Assembly: GCA_963839645.1 (NCBI GenBank)
Contig: CAWIVZ010000009.1
Location: 23,536-87,535, forward strand
Length of the DNA: 64,000 bases
Direction: 5' to 3'
Origin: an uncultured Alphaproteobacteria bacterium
GTDB lineage: Bacteria; Pseudomonadota; Alphaproteobacteria; Acetobacterales; Acetobacteraceae
How positions within the stretch are numbered: the first letter of the stretch is position 1; each line of letters starts with the position of its first letter. The position numbers and the translations under genes were made by a program. This document shows positions 49,395 through 59,929 of the stretch, one piece after another. The notes beneath the pieces are model-generated. The model was not told where the DNA came from and ran no database searches. It saw nothing but the letters and a program-made list of their open reading frames with translations.

Positions 49395-50693
49395 TCAGGC
49401 GGCGCAGCGCTTCTCCCAGCCCTCGATGATCTGGTCTACCCAGGAAACATGCGGCTCGAGCAGCGGCAGGCCGCGCTCGGCGTCCGACAACAGGTCCGGC
49501 ACCCGGGGCACGGCATCGAAATAGACATAATCGGCTGGCGACAACCGATCCATCGCCAGCACCGTCGGGACGCCGACATAGCGCGGATCGGTCAGGCGGG
49601 CCTGCGCTTCCGGCGAGAGCAGGAAATTCGCCACCAGCAGCGCCCCGGCGCGATGCGCGGCGTTGAACGGCACCGCCACGAAGCTGCAATGGCCGACCGT
49701 GCCGCCGTCCAGCACATAGGCGCGCGCGGACGGCGGCAGGGTTCCCGCAGCGATGGAAACGACCGCATCGGAAGGATCGAGCGAGACCATCAGCCCGATC
49801 TCTCCCGCCTTCATCAGGCCACGCTGCTGAACCTGGCTGCTGGGAAAGACCTTCCCGCCCTGCCAGAGCGCCGGCCGCAACCGATCGTACCAATCCCACA
49901 GCGGCGCCGACGCCAGGGCAAAATCGGGCGGTGTCACCGGTTGGCGCAGCATATCCTTGTCGGACACCAGTTCGTTCAGCGCCTGCTCCAGGAATGCCAG
50001 GCCGTTTGCATCGCGCACGCCAGGGTGGCTCAGCCGTCCCGGATGGCGCAACGCCCACTCCAGCACGGCGGGAATGCTTCCGGGCGGCTCGTCTCCGTCC
50101 CCCATTTCGTGGATGAACACAAGCTGGGCCAGCCGCCAAGGCACCGCATAGCCGTCCAACGGCACCATGCGATCCATTACCGTTGACGGCTTATCGTGCC
50201 GCGCCACCCGCCGCGCGCCCGGAAGCAGATCCAGCACCGGACCATCGAGGAGCCGATTTTCACGCATCGCCGCCAAATTCCGACCTTCAACGCAGACCAG
50301 ATCGGCCGATCCGTTCCGGGTCTTGCCGGCCGCCCTCTCCGCCGCCACCAGCGCCACCGGCTCTGCAGCGTCGCGCAGCTTCACGTGCCGCAATTGCACG
50401 CCGTACTGGACCCGCGCTTGCGCCCCGGCCCAGGCGATAAACGCATTGATGCGTTCATCCCCGCCCCAGGCATGGAAAGCCACCGTCTGGCCGCTTCCCT
50501 CGCGCAGGATGTCGGCCCAGCCGGGAACATCATCGTCGCCGGCTGGCGGCACCCCACCGGCCGCCCGAGCCTCGCCGGCGCAACCCAGCACCAGGGCGCC
50601 GGAAAGCACGGCCCGCCGGGTCAGGGCGTCCTGTCCGGGAGCGCGCACACCGGGCGAGGAAGGTCGTGCGGGAAACGAACGGGGCCAAACCAT
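49395..50693 (-). CDS. ABC transporter substrate-binding protein, YnjB-like
   Basis: ORF 49395..50765 with ATG at 50693. The Tat-like signal is TRRAVLSGALVLG. VAFHAWGGDERINAFIAWAGAQARVQYGVQLRHVKLRDAAE resembles E. coli YnjB. There are no cognate permease or ATPase genes nearby. Confidence 0.6.
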   Translation of the reverse strand: MVWPRSFPARPSSPGVRAPGQDALTRRAVLSGALVLGCAGEARAAGGVPPAGDDDVPGWADILREGSGQTVAFHAWGGDERINAFIAWAGAQARVQYGVQLRHVKLRDAAEPVALVAAERAAGKTRNGSADLVCVEGRNLAAMRENRLLDGPVLDLLPGARRVARHDKPSTVMDRMVPLDGYAVPWRLAQLVFIHEMGDGDEPPGSIPAVLEWALRHPGRLSHPGVRDANGLAFLEQALNELVSDKDMLRQPVTPPDFALASAPLWDWYDRLRPALWQGGKVFPSSQVQQRGLMKAGEIGLMVSLDPSDAVVSIAAGTLPPSARAYVLDGGTVGHCSFVAVPFNAAHRAGALLVANFLLSPEAQARLTDPRYVGVPTVLAMDRLSPADYVYFDAVPRVPDLLSDAERGLPLLEPHVSWVDQIIEGWEKRCAA

Positions 50694-50795
50694 GCGCGAG
50701 ACTACAACAATATCCGCGAGCAGGATATCGCCAGGCAGAATGGATCCGAAGCAATCCGGCGCCAAATAATGGCGCCGGAATTATCCTGAATTATC

Positions 50796-51170
50796 CTACC
50801 GTCTCACGATTACTCTACCCTTCATGTAAGGGTGCAAGGCACAGAAATAATCGAAGTCACCGGCAGCATCGAAACGATGACTGAAGGCCTGGTCGGTGTC
50901 CATCGCCGGGGATCGCAGCTTCAGGGCCGGCAGCACGACCACGTGCGGGAATATCGTCATGGTTGGTCCACGTGACGGTCGTGCCAGGCGCGGATCGTGA
51001 CGCTGGCCGGGGTGAAAGTGAAATTATCGATGCCCACCACGGCCGCAGGACCTTCGCCGATCGCCGCCCTTGCCGCCTCGGCCGACAGCAATCCGGCCGC
51101 CAAGCCCGCCCGCGCAAGCGCGCAGCCAGCCCCGCCGGGCGATGCCGCCCGGCCGCGCAAACCCGCTCAT
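50796..51170 (-). pseudogene. amicyanin/pseudoazurin-like cupredoxin (type 1 copper protein), three +1 frameshifts
   Basis: ATG 51170 is preceded by AGGGAG. The path is MSGFARPGGIARRGWLRA / LARAGLAAGLLSAEAARAAIGEGPAAVVGIDNFTFTPASVTIRA / GTTVTWTNHDDIP / HVVVLPALKLRSPAMDTDQAFSHRFDAAGDFDYFCALHPYMKGRVIVRR, ending at TAG 50796-50798. The copper ligands H...C-x2-H-x2-M are present. These pieces correspond to ORFs 51024..51695 (tail), 50957..51160 and 50857..51117, plus a hand-translated third frame. Confidence 0.8.
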
Positions 51171-51181
51171 GTCGCGCTCCC

Positions 51182-52114
51182 TCAGCCGGCCAGCGGCGTA
51201 TCGACGATGGCGAGCGGCGTGTCGTTGCGCACCAGGCTCACCCGCGCCGTGCCCAGCAGCCCCTGCAACTCGCCCGCCGGCACCAGCTTCGGCCCGGGGC
51301 TCGGCGCGGTGCCGGGCGCGGGCTGCGGGAAGGCGGTGGAACGCGCGGTATGGAAGGCCACATGCCCCTCGATCTTCTGCATCACCTGATGGATATGGCC
51401 GTTCAGCACCGTGACCGAGCCAAAGCGCTTCAGATAGGTCAGCGCCCGCGCCCCGTCCTGCGTGCCCCAGCCCCACTCGGCATAGACCACCCAGAGCGGA
51501 ATATGCGCGAACACCACGATCGGCGTGCTGGCCGTCTTGCGGGCCAGATCCCGCTCCAGCCATTCCAGCTGTTCCTGGCCAAGATTGCCCATGCCGCCGG
51601 CCTTGAGGTCGACCACGTTCACCAGCCCGACGAAATGCACGCCCTGCGCATCGAAGCTGTACCAGCCCTGCCCTTTCGTGCCCTTGCCGAAGCAATTCAG
51701 GTAGGACTTGCCGTCATCCTCCAGAATATCGTGCTCGCCGGGAACGTAATGCGTGATCAGCTTCGTCGCTCCGATCAGCTGCGCCCCGGTGTCGAACTCC
51801 ACCGGCTTGGACAGATGGGTGATGTCTCCGGTGTGGATCATGAAAGCGGGCTTCTCCGCCACCACCCGGTCCAGCGCCGATTTCAGGGTGAAGGTGACGT
51901 CCGGGTTGGCCGGCTTGTTGAAACCGAGATGGCTGTCGCTGATCTGCGCGAAGGTGAAGCCCGCCGTTGCCGCCTCGGCAGAGCCGATCAGCCCGGAGCG
52001 GGGGATGCCGCCCGCCACGGTCCAGATCATCGCGCTGCCGGCCCAGCTCATGCATTTCAGAAAGCCGCGGCGGTCGATCCCGTCCGGGTCGCGTGTCGCG
52101 TCGTCGTTTTCCAT
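51182..52114 (-). CDS. metallophosphoesterase family protein with a Tat signal
   Basis: ORF 51182..52114. Contains the twin-arginine DRRGFLKCMSWAGSAM and the motifs QISDSH, TGDITH, GEHD and NGHIH. Confidence 0.85.
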   Translation of the reverse strand: MENDDATRDPDGIDRRGFLKCMSWAGSAMIWTVAGGIPRSGLIGSAEAATAGFTFAQISDSHLGFNKPANPDVTFTLKSALDRVVAEKPAFMIHTGDITHLSKPVEFDTGAQLIGATKLITHYVPGEHDILEDDGKSYLNCFGKGTKGQGWYSFDAQGVHFVGLVNVVDLKAGGMGNLGQEQLEWLERDLARKTASTPIVVFAHIPLWVVYAEWGWGTQDGARALTYLKRFGSVTVLNGHIHQVMQKIEGHVAFHTARSTAFPQPAPGTAPSPGPKLVPAGELQGLLGTARVSLVRNDTPLAIVDTPLAG

Positions 52115-52164
52115 TGCCGTGTCCCTCCATCGCAGGTCCGCCCACCGAACCCGTCGGTGTGAAT

Positions 52165-52190
52165 GACCGGGCGGGCGGGCGTTCTATTCC
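52165..52190 (-). promoter_or_regulatory. candidate ECF-type promoter GGAATA-N16-GGTC driving the metallophosphoesterase-cupredoxin operon
   Basis: The minus strand reads GGAATAGAACGCCCGCCCGCCCGGTCATTC. The -10-like GGTC ends 51 nt upstream of ATG 52114. The elements and spacing are the same as in the promoter on the opposite strand. Confidence 0.45.
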
Positions 52191-52215
52191 CGGCGGAAAA
52201 AGAAATGCCGGCGCG

Positions 52216-52241
52216 GGAATAAACCGCACGCCGCGGCGGTC
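52216..52241 (+). promoter_or_regulatory. candidate autoregulated ECF-type promoter GGAATA-N16-GGTC upstream of the sigma factor gene
   Basis: The plus strand reads GGAATAAACCGCACGCCGCGGCGGTCTGGT. GGTC ends 35 nt upstream of GTG 52276. Confidence 0.45.
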
Positions 52242-52275
52242 TGGTAGAAATGAGGCCTTCCACAGGGATGACAGC

Positions 52276-52815
52276 GTGGCCCCGGACCCGCGACGGCGAC
52301 AATTCGAACTGCTGGCCCTGCCGCATCTCGATGCCGCGTTCAACCTCGCCCGCTGGCTGGCCGGCAACACGGCCGACGCGGAGGACATCGTGCAGGACGC
52401 CTATCTGCGCGGCTGGCGCTATTTCGACAGTTTCCGCGGCGGCGACATGCGCGTCTGGCTGCTCGCCATCGTGCGCACAGCCTTCCTGACCTGGATGAAG
52501 GACAACCGCTCCCCGCGCCTGGTGTTCTTCGCCGAGGAACCCGCCGGCGCCGATGAAACCACCGCCTGGGCCGATAGCCCGCGCGACCCGGAGGCCCTGC
52601 TGCTCGACCGCGTGGACAGTGCGGTGCTGGCACGGCTGATGACCGATCTGCCCGGCGAATACCGCGAGGTGCTGCTGCTGCGGGAAATGGAGGATCTGTC
52701 CTACCGCGACATCGCCGAGATCACCGGCACGCCCGTCGGCACGGTGATGTCGCGCCTGGCCCGTGCCCGCGCCGCCCTACGGAAACTATGGAAGGCAAGC
52801 GGCCATGCGGTGTGA
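52276..52815 (+). CDS. RNA polymerase sigma factor, ECF (sigma-70 group 4) family
   Basis: Within ORF 51967..52815. The first in-frame start before region 2 is GTG 52276 (an ATG at 52268 is out of frame). Region 2 is DAEDIVQDAYLRGWRYFDSFRG. Region 4 is LPGEYREVLLLREMEDLSYRDIAEITGTPVGTVMSRLARAR. Confidence 0.8.
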   Translation: MAPDPRRRQFELLALPHLDAAFNLARWLAGNTADAEDIVQDAYLRGWRYFDSFRGGDMRVWLLAIVRTAFLTWMKDNRSPRLVFFAEEPAGADETTAWADSPRDPEALLLDRVDSAVLARLMTDLPGEYREVLLLREMEDLSYRDIAEITGTPVGTVMSRLARARAALRKLWKASGHAV

Positions 52816-53575
52816 CCGGGCCGCCCCCCTGCTGCACCGCCTCGCCGACGGCGAACTGGGCCGCTTCGCTGCCTGGCGCCTGCGCCGCCATCTGGCAAGC
52901 TGCCCCTCCTGCGCCTGGCGGTTCGAGGAAATCGGCGCCCTGCGCACCGCCATCCGCACCACCCTGCCCTATCACCGCGCCTCCCCCGCCCTCGCCGCGC
53001 GCATCGGCGCGACCCTGCCGCGCGAGGCACACGCCGCGCGGCTCGCCACCCCCAGCCGCTGGCGCCCGCGGCTGCCGGCACTCGGTCTCGGCCTGTCCGG
53101 GGCGCTGGCGGGCGTCGCGCTGACCTTGCTGGTGCAGGCAGGAATGTCCGAGCGGCGGGCGGAAACCATCGGCCGCGCCGCGATCGCCGCCCATACCGCC
53201 GCGATGACCTCCGGCCATGTGATCGACATCCCGACCAGCGACCGCCACGTGGTGAAACCCTGGCTCTCCGCCCGGCTGGACGTCTCTCCACCCACCGCCG
53301 ACCTGGCAGCGGAAGGCTTCCCGCTGATCGGCGGCCGCATCGACCGCATCGACGGCCACAAGGCGGCGGTGGTGGTCTACAAGCGCCGCCAGCACGTGAT
53401 CGACCTCTATGCCTGGAACGCCGGCGACGCGCCCGACGAACCGCCGCGCACCGAGACCCGGCAGGGCTTCAACACCATCTTCTGGCGACAGGGGGGGACG
53501 GATCTGGTCGCCGTGTCGGACGTCGCCGCCGGCGAACTGGCGGAGTTCGTGGCGAAGATCGCAGCGGGCGGTTAG
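52805..53575 (+). CDS. anti-sigma factor (zf-HC2, single TM, periplasmic C-terminal domain)
   Basis: ORF 52763..53575. ATG 52805 overlaps the sigma stop. Contains the HxxxCxxC motif HLASCPSC and the TM segment LPALGLGLSGALAGVALTLLV. Confidence 0.8.
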   Translation: MRCDRAAPLLHRLADGELGRFAAWRLRRHLASCPSCAWRFEEIGALRTAIRTTLPYHRASPALAARIGATLPREAHAARLATPSRWRPRLPALGLGLSGALAGVALTLLVQAGMSERRAETIGRAAIAAHTAAMTSGHVIDIPTSDRHVVKPWLSARLDVSPPTADLAAEGFPLIGGRIDRIDGHKAAVVVYKRRQHVIDLYAWNAGDAPDEPPRTETRQGFNTIFWRQGGTDLVAVSDVAAGELAEFVAKIAAGG

Positions 53576-53594
53576 GTCCCGCCGCCGCGCAGGA

Positions 53595-54208
<614 letters not shown>

Positions 54209-54212
<4 letters not shown>

Positions 54213-54886
54213 GAACGAAACAACCTCGTGTACTGGGTTTCATGCCGCATGGCGGCGATGTCGGAACGGAAGGCACAGCCGCCAAGATCGTCGAGCGTGG
54301 CGGCGCGGGTTTCCGCGGCGATGCGCAGGATAACCGGCTCCAGCGCCGCCAGCACGCGCAATCCGGCGGTCTGGCCGAGCGGGACCAGGCGCACGGCGGC
54401 GGAGATCAGGTTGGCGGCGAAGGTTTCCAGATAGCCCGCGGCCACCGCGTCCTCGGGAATGCCATGTGCGCCGGCCAGGGCGCCGACGGCGACGGGATAG
54501 GCGATTTGCTCGCGGCCGATGCGCTCCGCCAGGGCGATCAGCGCCGGCGTATGCCAGGGCGTCGCGGCCGCGACGAACGCGCTGCCCTGGCCAAGGGTTT
54601 CAGCCTGCCGCTCCCGCGCCGGGGAGGTTGCCGCCGCCAGTTCGGCGATTTCCGCCAATGTCTCCACATCGTCCGCGCCACTATGCGCGTGGCGCAGCAG
54701 GATCGCATCGGACCGGCCCGCACCCTGGCTCAGCACATCCTCCAGCCAGATCCGCAGGGTTTCACCATCCCGGATGTCACCGGCTTCCACCGCCCATTCC
54801 AGGCCGTGCGAATAGGCATAGGCGCCGGTCGGGAACGACGGCGACAGCCAAGCCAGCAGCCGCAGGGTCGCGGCCGCGTCAATCAT
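54209..54886 (-). CDS. ureF: urease accessory protein UreF
   Basis: Within ORF 54209..54982. ATG 54886 ([30 protein letters not shown]) overlaps the ureE stop by 8 nt. The stop overlaps the ureG start as ATGA. Confidence 0.9.
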
Positions 54887-55357
54887 GGGAATGGTCATGG
54901 TCGTCGTCATCGCCGTGATGGTGATGCCCTCCCGCATAGGCCCCCGCCTCCGGATCGAACGGTGCCTCAATCGCCTCCACATGGCCGCCCAGGAGTTCTA
55001 CCATTTCGCCGATCACATGATCCTCGCGGATGCGGATGCGATCACGGATCAGCTGCACCGGCAGATGGCGGTTGCCCAGATGCCAGGCGATGCGGACCAG
55101 TTCGGCGTCGCTGTGGGCGTGGATTTCCAACAGTTTTTCGGGCCGCGCGACAACACCCACCACCCCGCCATCTTCCAGCTTCAGCCCGTCGCCATGCCGC
55201 AGCCGCACCGCCTGGGGCAGATCCAGCAGCACGTTCCGCCCGCTATCGGTGGTCAGCAGAATACGGCGGCGGAAACGACGGTCGAAATCGATCGAAACCT
55301 GATCGACCGCCATCGCCGTGTCCCAGCTTCCGGCCGGCAGGACCTCTTGCGCGCGCA

Positions 55358-55358
<1 letters not shown>
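54879..55358 (-). CDS. ureE: urease accessory protein UreE (His-rich C-terminus)
   Basis: ORF 54879..55358. Contains GNRHLPVQ and the tail [17 protein letters not shown]. The start overlaps the ureC stop as ATGA. Confidence 0.9.
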
Positions 55359-57067
<1,709 letters not shown>

Positions 57068-57068
<1 letters not shown>

Positions 57069-57376
57069 CAGCCGAGACTCCCCATGATGTCGCCGCGGAA
57101 ACCGAAGACCTTCCGGGTGCCTCGATACGGCACCAGCACCACATTCCGGGTCTGGCCTGGCTCGAAGCGCACGGCAGTGCCGGCGGCTATGTCCAGCCGC
57201 TTGCCGCGGGCCTGCGCCCGATCGAATGACAGCGCCGGATTGGTTTCGAAGAAATGGTAATGGCTGCCCACCTGGATCGGCCGGTCACCGGTATTCGCAA
57301 CCGTCAGTTCGGTGCGCTCCAACCCGGTGTTCAACTCGATGTCGGCATCGGACGTCATGATTTCGCCGGGGATCAT
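57068..57376 (-). CDS. ureB: urease subunit beta
   Basis: These are the last 102 codons of ORF 57068..57829, from ATG 57376 ([18 protein letters not shown]...[12 protein letters not shown]). Confidence 0.9.
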
Positions 57377-57475
57377 GGGAGGTTCCTGGGATGGAGAAAT
57401 GGCCTGGGTGAGCCGTTGACCGGCAAGGATGGTGCCAGGATTCGGACTGGCACCGCAAATGTGAATTGCCCGGTT

Positions 57476-57498
57476 CTGTATATTCCTGGTATATACAG
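57476..57498. promoter_or_regulatory. AT-rich inverted repeat CTGTATAT-N7-ATATACAG, likely brnTA promoter/operator
   Basis: Perfect 8-bp arms ending 3 nt before the brnT GTG. It contains TATATA-like -10 material and sits in a locally low-GC spacer. Confidence 0.4.
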
Positions 57499-57501
57499 TT
57501 C

Positions 57502-57805
57502 GTGATCGATTTTTCCCGAAATCGAAGGCTTTCAATGGGACGCCGGCAACAGCCGCAAGAACGCGGACAAGCACGACGTCAGCCAAGGAGAGGCCGAGCA
57601 GATGTTCTTCAACGAGCCGTTGCTGGTTCTGGCGGATGAACGCCATAGCGGTGCGGAGCAAAGGTTTCACGCCCTGGGGCATACCGAGGATGGCAGGAAC
57701 CTGCACGTGACATTCACCTTGCGGGAGGACGGGCGCCTGATCCGGGTCATCTCGGCGCGGGACATGCATCGGAAGGAAAGGACGCGCTATGGCCAAGCCA
57801 GCTAA
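57502..57805 (+). pseudogene. brnT: BrnT family toxin (DUF497), frameshift in codon 4-5
   Basis: ORF 57602..57805 carries only the C-terminal half. The same frame upstream reads [28 protein letters not shown] with no start after the stop at 57503. GTG 57502 (MIDF) joins it if one T of the T5 run at 57510-57514 is removed. Contains the typical [17 protein letters not shown]. Confidence 0.7.
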
Positions 57806-58079
57806 ACCCCTGCCGGTATTCACCGGCAAGCCCCTGCCGGCATTCGCCGGGGAAGCCGAGGAGCGGCAGTTCTGGGAAAGCCATGATTCGACGGATTACC
57901 TGGACTGGAGCCAGGCCAAGCCGGTGCGCCTGCCGCGCCTGAAGCCAAGCAGCACCGCGGTTTCGCTGCGCCTGCCGGTGCCGCTGCTGGAACGCCTGCG
58001 GGTCGCGGCGAACAAGCGCGACGTGCCGTACCAATCGCTGATCAAGACCTGGCTGGCGGAGAAGCTCGACGAGACCTGA
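57789..58079 (+). CDS. brnA: BrnA antitoxin (CopG/RHH-like C-terminus)
   Basis: ORF 57789..58079. It overlaps the brnT 3' end by 17 nt. Contains [19 protein letters not shown]...[36 protein letters not shown]. Confidence 0.8.
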   Translation: MAKPAKPLPVFTGKPLPAFAGEAEERQFWESHDSTDYLDWSQAKPVRLPRLKPSSTAVSLRLPVPLLERLRVAANKRDVPYQSLIKTWLAEKLDET

Positions 58080-58096
58080 CATCGGTTCCCGGCGCG

Positions 58097-58399
58097 CTAT
58101 CGAATGGGTTCATGCACGGTCACCAGCTTGGTGCCGTCGGGGAAGGTCGCTTCCACCTGCACGTCGTGGATCATCTCGGCGATGCCGTCCATTACCTGGG
58201 CGCGGGTGATCACCTGGGCGCCGGTTTCCATCAGGTCGGCGACGCTGCGCCCGTCGCGCGCACCCTCGATGACGTAATCGCAGATCAGCGCCACCGCTTC
58301 GGGGTGGTTCAGCTTCACCCCCCGCTCCAGCCGCCGGCGGGCCACCATGGCGGCCATGCTGATCAGCAGCTTGTCCTTCTCTCTCGGCGTGAGATTCAT
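58097..58399 (-). CDS. ureA: urease subunit gamma
   Basis: ORF 58097..58399. Contains [39 protein letters not shown]. Confidence 0.95.
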   Translation of the reverse strand: MNLTPREKDKLLISMAAMVARRRLERGVKLNHPEAVALICDYVIEGARDGRSVADLMETGAQVITRAQVMDGIAEMIHDVQVEATFPDGTKLVTVHEPIR

Positions 58400-58412
58400 A
58401 CGCTTTCCCCCT

Positions 58413-59258
58413 TCAACACAACCAGACGCGCGGCAGCGGGCGTTCCCCGCGCAGCGCCTGCAAACCCGTCACCACCGCCTGACGCAAGGATGCCCCATCG
58501 GCGGCCAGAAACCGCGCCACCAGCATGCCATCCCAGGCGCTGGCGCCCCATTCGCCCGGCGCGTCGGCCAGGGCGTCCCGGAAGCCGTCCAGCGCCGCTT
58601 CCGCCTCCGGCGCGACATGCAGGAGCGTCGCCATGGCGCGTGCACCGCCGCCGATCGACGGCCGAGCGAGCCTTGCCGCCACTTCCCCCTGCAGCCGCAC
58701 GGCATCGTGCAACAGCAGGCGGCCGTCGCGGCGGATGCGGATGGTGTCGCGGAAATTCGCCTGGCCGACCTGTTCGCCCATCGCACTGCGGCCGAACACG
58801 ACCGCCTCTACCCCGAGAAACCAGGCATCTGGCGCCAACTCGATCTCCAGCCGACGATCGAGCGCACAGCGATCGAACAGGATGGTTTCCTGCGGCAGCC
58901 ATTCCATCGCTCCGCCCGGCGCCACGGCGATGACGGTGCGCACAAGCGCCGGCGCCGCGCCGGGCAGCGCCCGATAGCAGCGTTCCGCCGCCTGTCCGGC
59001 AATCGTCGCCCGCGCGCCCTCCCCGATGGTGATGGCGCTGCTCAGCCGGTCCCCCGCCGCGATCCCGCCGGCGGTGTTCAGGCTGACCGCATTGGTCCAG
59101 GCGCCACGCTCCGGCCGCGGAAACCGCGCCTTCAGGCAGCCCATTTGCCGCAGCCCATCCAGCACCGTGTCCGCCCCGCGCAGCCGCATCGACAGACGCA
59201 GTTCGCCGACGGCACGCTGATGAATGGCGGCTTCAGACGGAGAGGCGGCGTCGTACAT
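58413..59258 (-). CDS. ureD: urease accessory protein UreD
   Basis: Within ORF 58413..59300, starting at ATG 59258. It overlaps the urtE 3' end by 26 nt. The pattern is GELRLSMRL...LKARFPRPE...[10 protein letters not shown]. Confidence 0.8.
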   Translation of the reverse strand: MYDAASPSEAAIHQRAVGELRLSMRLRGADTVLDGLRQMGCLKARFPRPERGAWTNAVSLNTAGGIAAGDRLSSAITIGEGARATIAGQAAERCYRALPGAAPALVRTVIAVAPGGAMEWLPQETILFDRCALDRRLEIELAPDAWFLGVEAVVFGRSAMGEQVGQANFRDTIRIRRDGRLLLHDAVRLQGEVAARLARPSIGGGARAMATLLHVAPEAEAALDGFRDALADAPGEWGASAWDGMLVARFLAADGASLRQAVVTGLQALRGERPLPRVWLC

Positions 59259-59928
59259 CCTGCTCGTCGAGCTCCTCGCGTTTGCCGGACAGCACGACAT
59301 CGCCGCGATCCATCACAACGATGGTTTGTGCCAGTTCGCGGGCAAAATCGAAATACTGTTCGACCAGCAGGATGGCCATGTCCCCGCGCTGACGCAACAA
59401 GGCGATCACGCGGCCGATATCCTTGATGATGCTGGGCTGAATGCCCTCGGTCGGCTCGTCCAGCACCAGCAGACGCGGCTTCATGATCAGCGCGCGCGCA
59501 ATCGCCAGCTGCTGCTGCTGCCCGCCGGACAGATCGCCGCCGCGGCGGCCGAGCATGGTCTTCAGCACCGGGAACAGCTCATAGGTTTCCTCGGGAATGC
59601 GCCGCTCGCGCCGCGGCAGCACCGCGAAGCCGGTCTCCAGATTCTCCTGCACGGTCAGCAGCGGAAAAATGTCTCGCCCCTGCGGCACCCAGGAAATCCC
59701 CCGCTTCGCACGTTCATAGATCGGCAGGCGGGAAATGTCCTCGCCCTCCCAGCGGATCGTTCCGGAGGTGATGGGATGCGCCCCGGTGACCGCGCGCAGC
59801 AGGCTGGTCTTGCCGACCCCGTTGCGGCCCATGATGCAGGTGACAGCGCCGATTTCCGCGGTCAGGGAAACATTCCGCAGCGCGATGGCGGCGCCGTAAT
59901 ACAGATCGACGTTCTCTACATCCAACAT
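59233..59928 (-). CDS. urtE: urea ABC transporter ATP-binding subunit UrtE
   Basis: ORF 59233..59928. Contains Walker A GRNGVGKTS and the signature LSGGQQQ. It sits in the conserved position after urtD. Confidence 0.9.
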   Translation of the reverse strand: MLDVENVDLYYGAAIALRNVSLTAEIGAVTCIMGRNGVGKTSLLRAVTGAHPITSGTIRWEGEDISRLPIYERAKRGISWVPQGRDIFPLLTVQENLETGFAVLPRRERRIPEETYELFPVLKTMLGRRGGDLSGGQQQQLAIARALIMKPRLLVLDEPTEGIQPSIIKDIGRVIALLRQRGDMAILLVEQYFDFARELAQTIVVMDRGDVVLSGKREELDEQDVRRRLSV

Positions 59929-59929
59929 C

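Noticed and set aside
50781-50797. Short direct repeat TTATCCT-GAA-TTATCCT at the cupredoxin stop codon.
   Set aside because: It is only 7 bp and occurs once. It is plausibly chance in a locally AT-richer spacer, and I can attach no function to it.
54879-54930. His/Asp-rich codon repeats ([15 protein letters not shown]).
   Set aside because: This is the normal nickel-binding tail of UreE.
57448-57464. Sigma-54-like TGGCAC element upstream of brnT / downstream of ureB.
   Set aside because: The -12 element is missing. The sequence reads TGGCAC-cgcaa-ATGTG instead of TGGCAC-N5-TTGCW.
59233-59258. 26-nt overlap between the ureD start and the urtE end as evidence of gene fusion or a frameshift.
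   Set aside because: Both ORFs are complete in their own frames. The overlap depends on the chosen ureD start codon, which is uncertain. Overlaps of this size are common in coupled operons.
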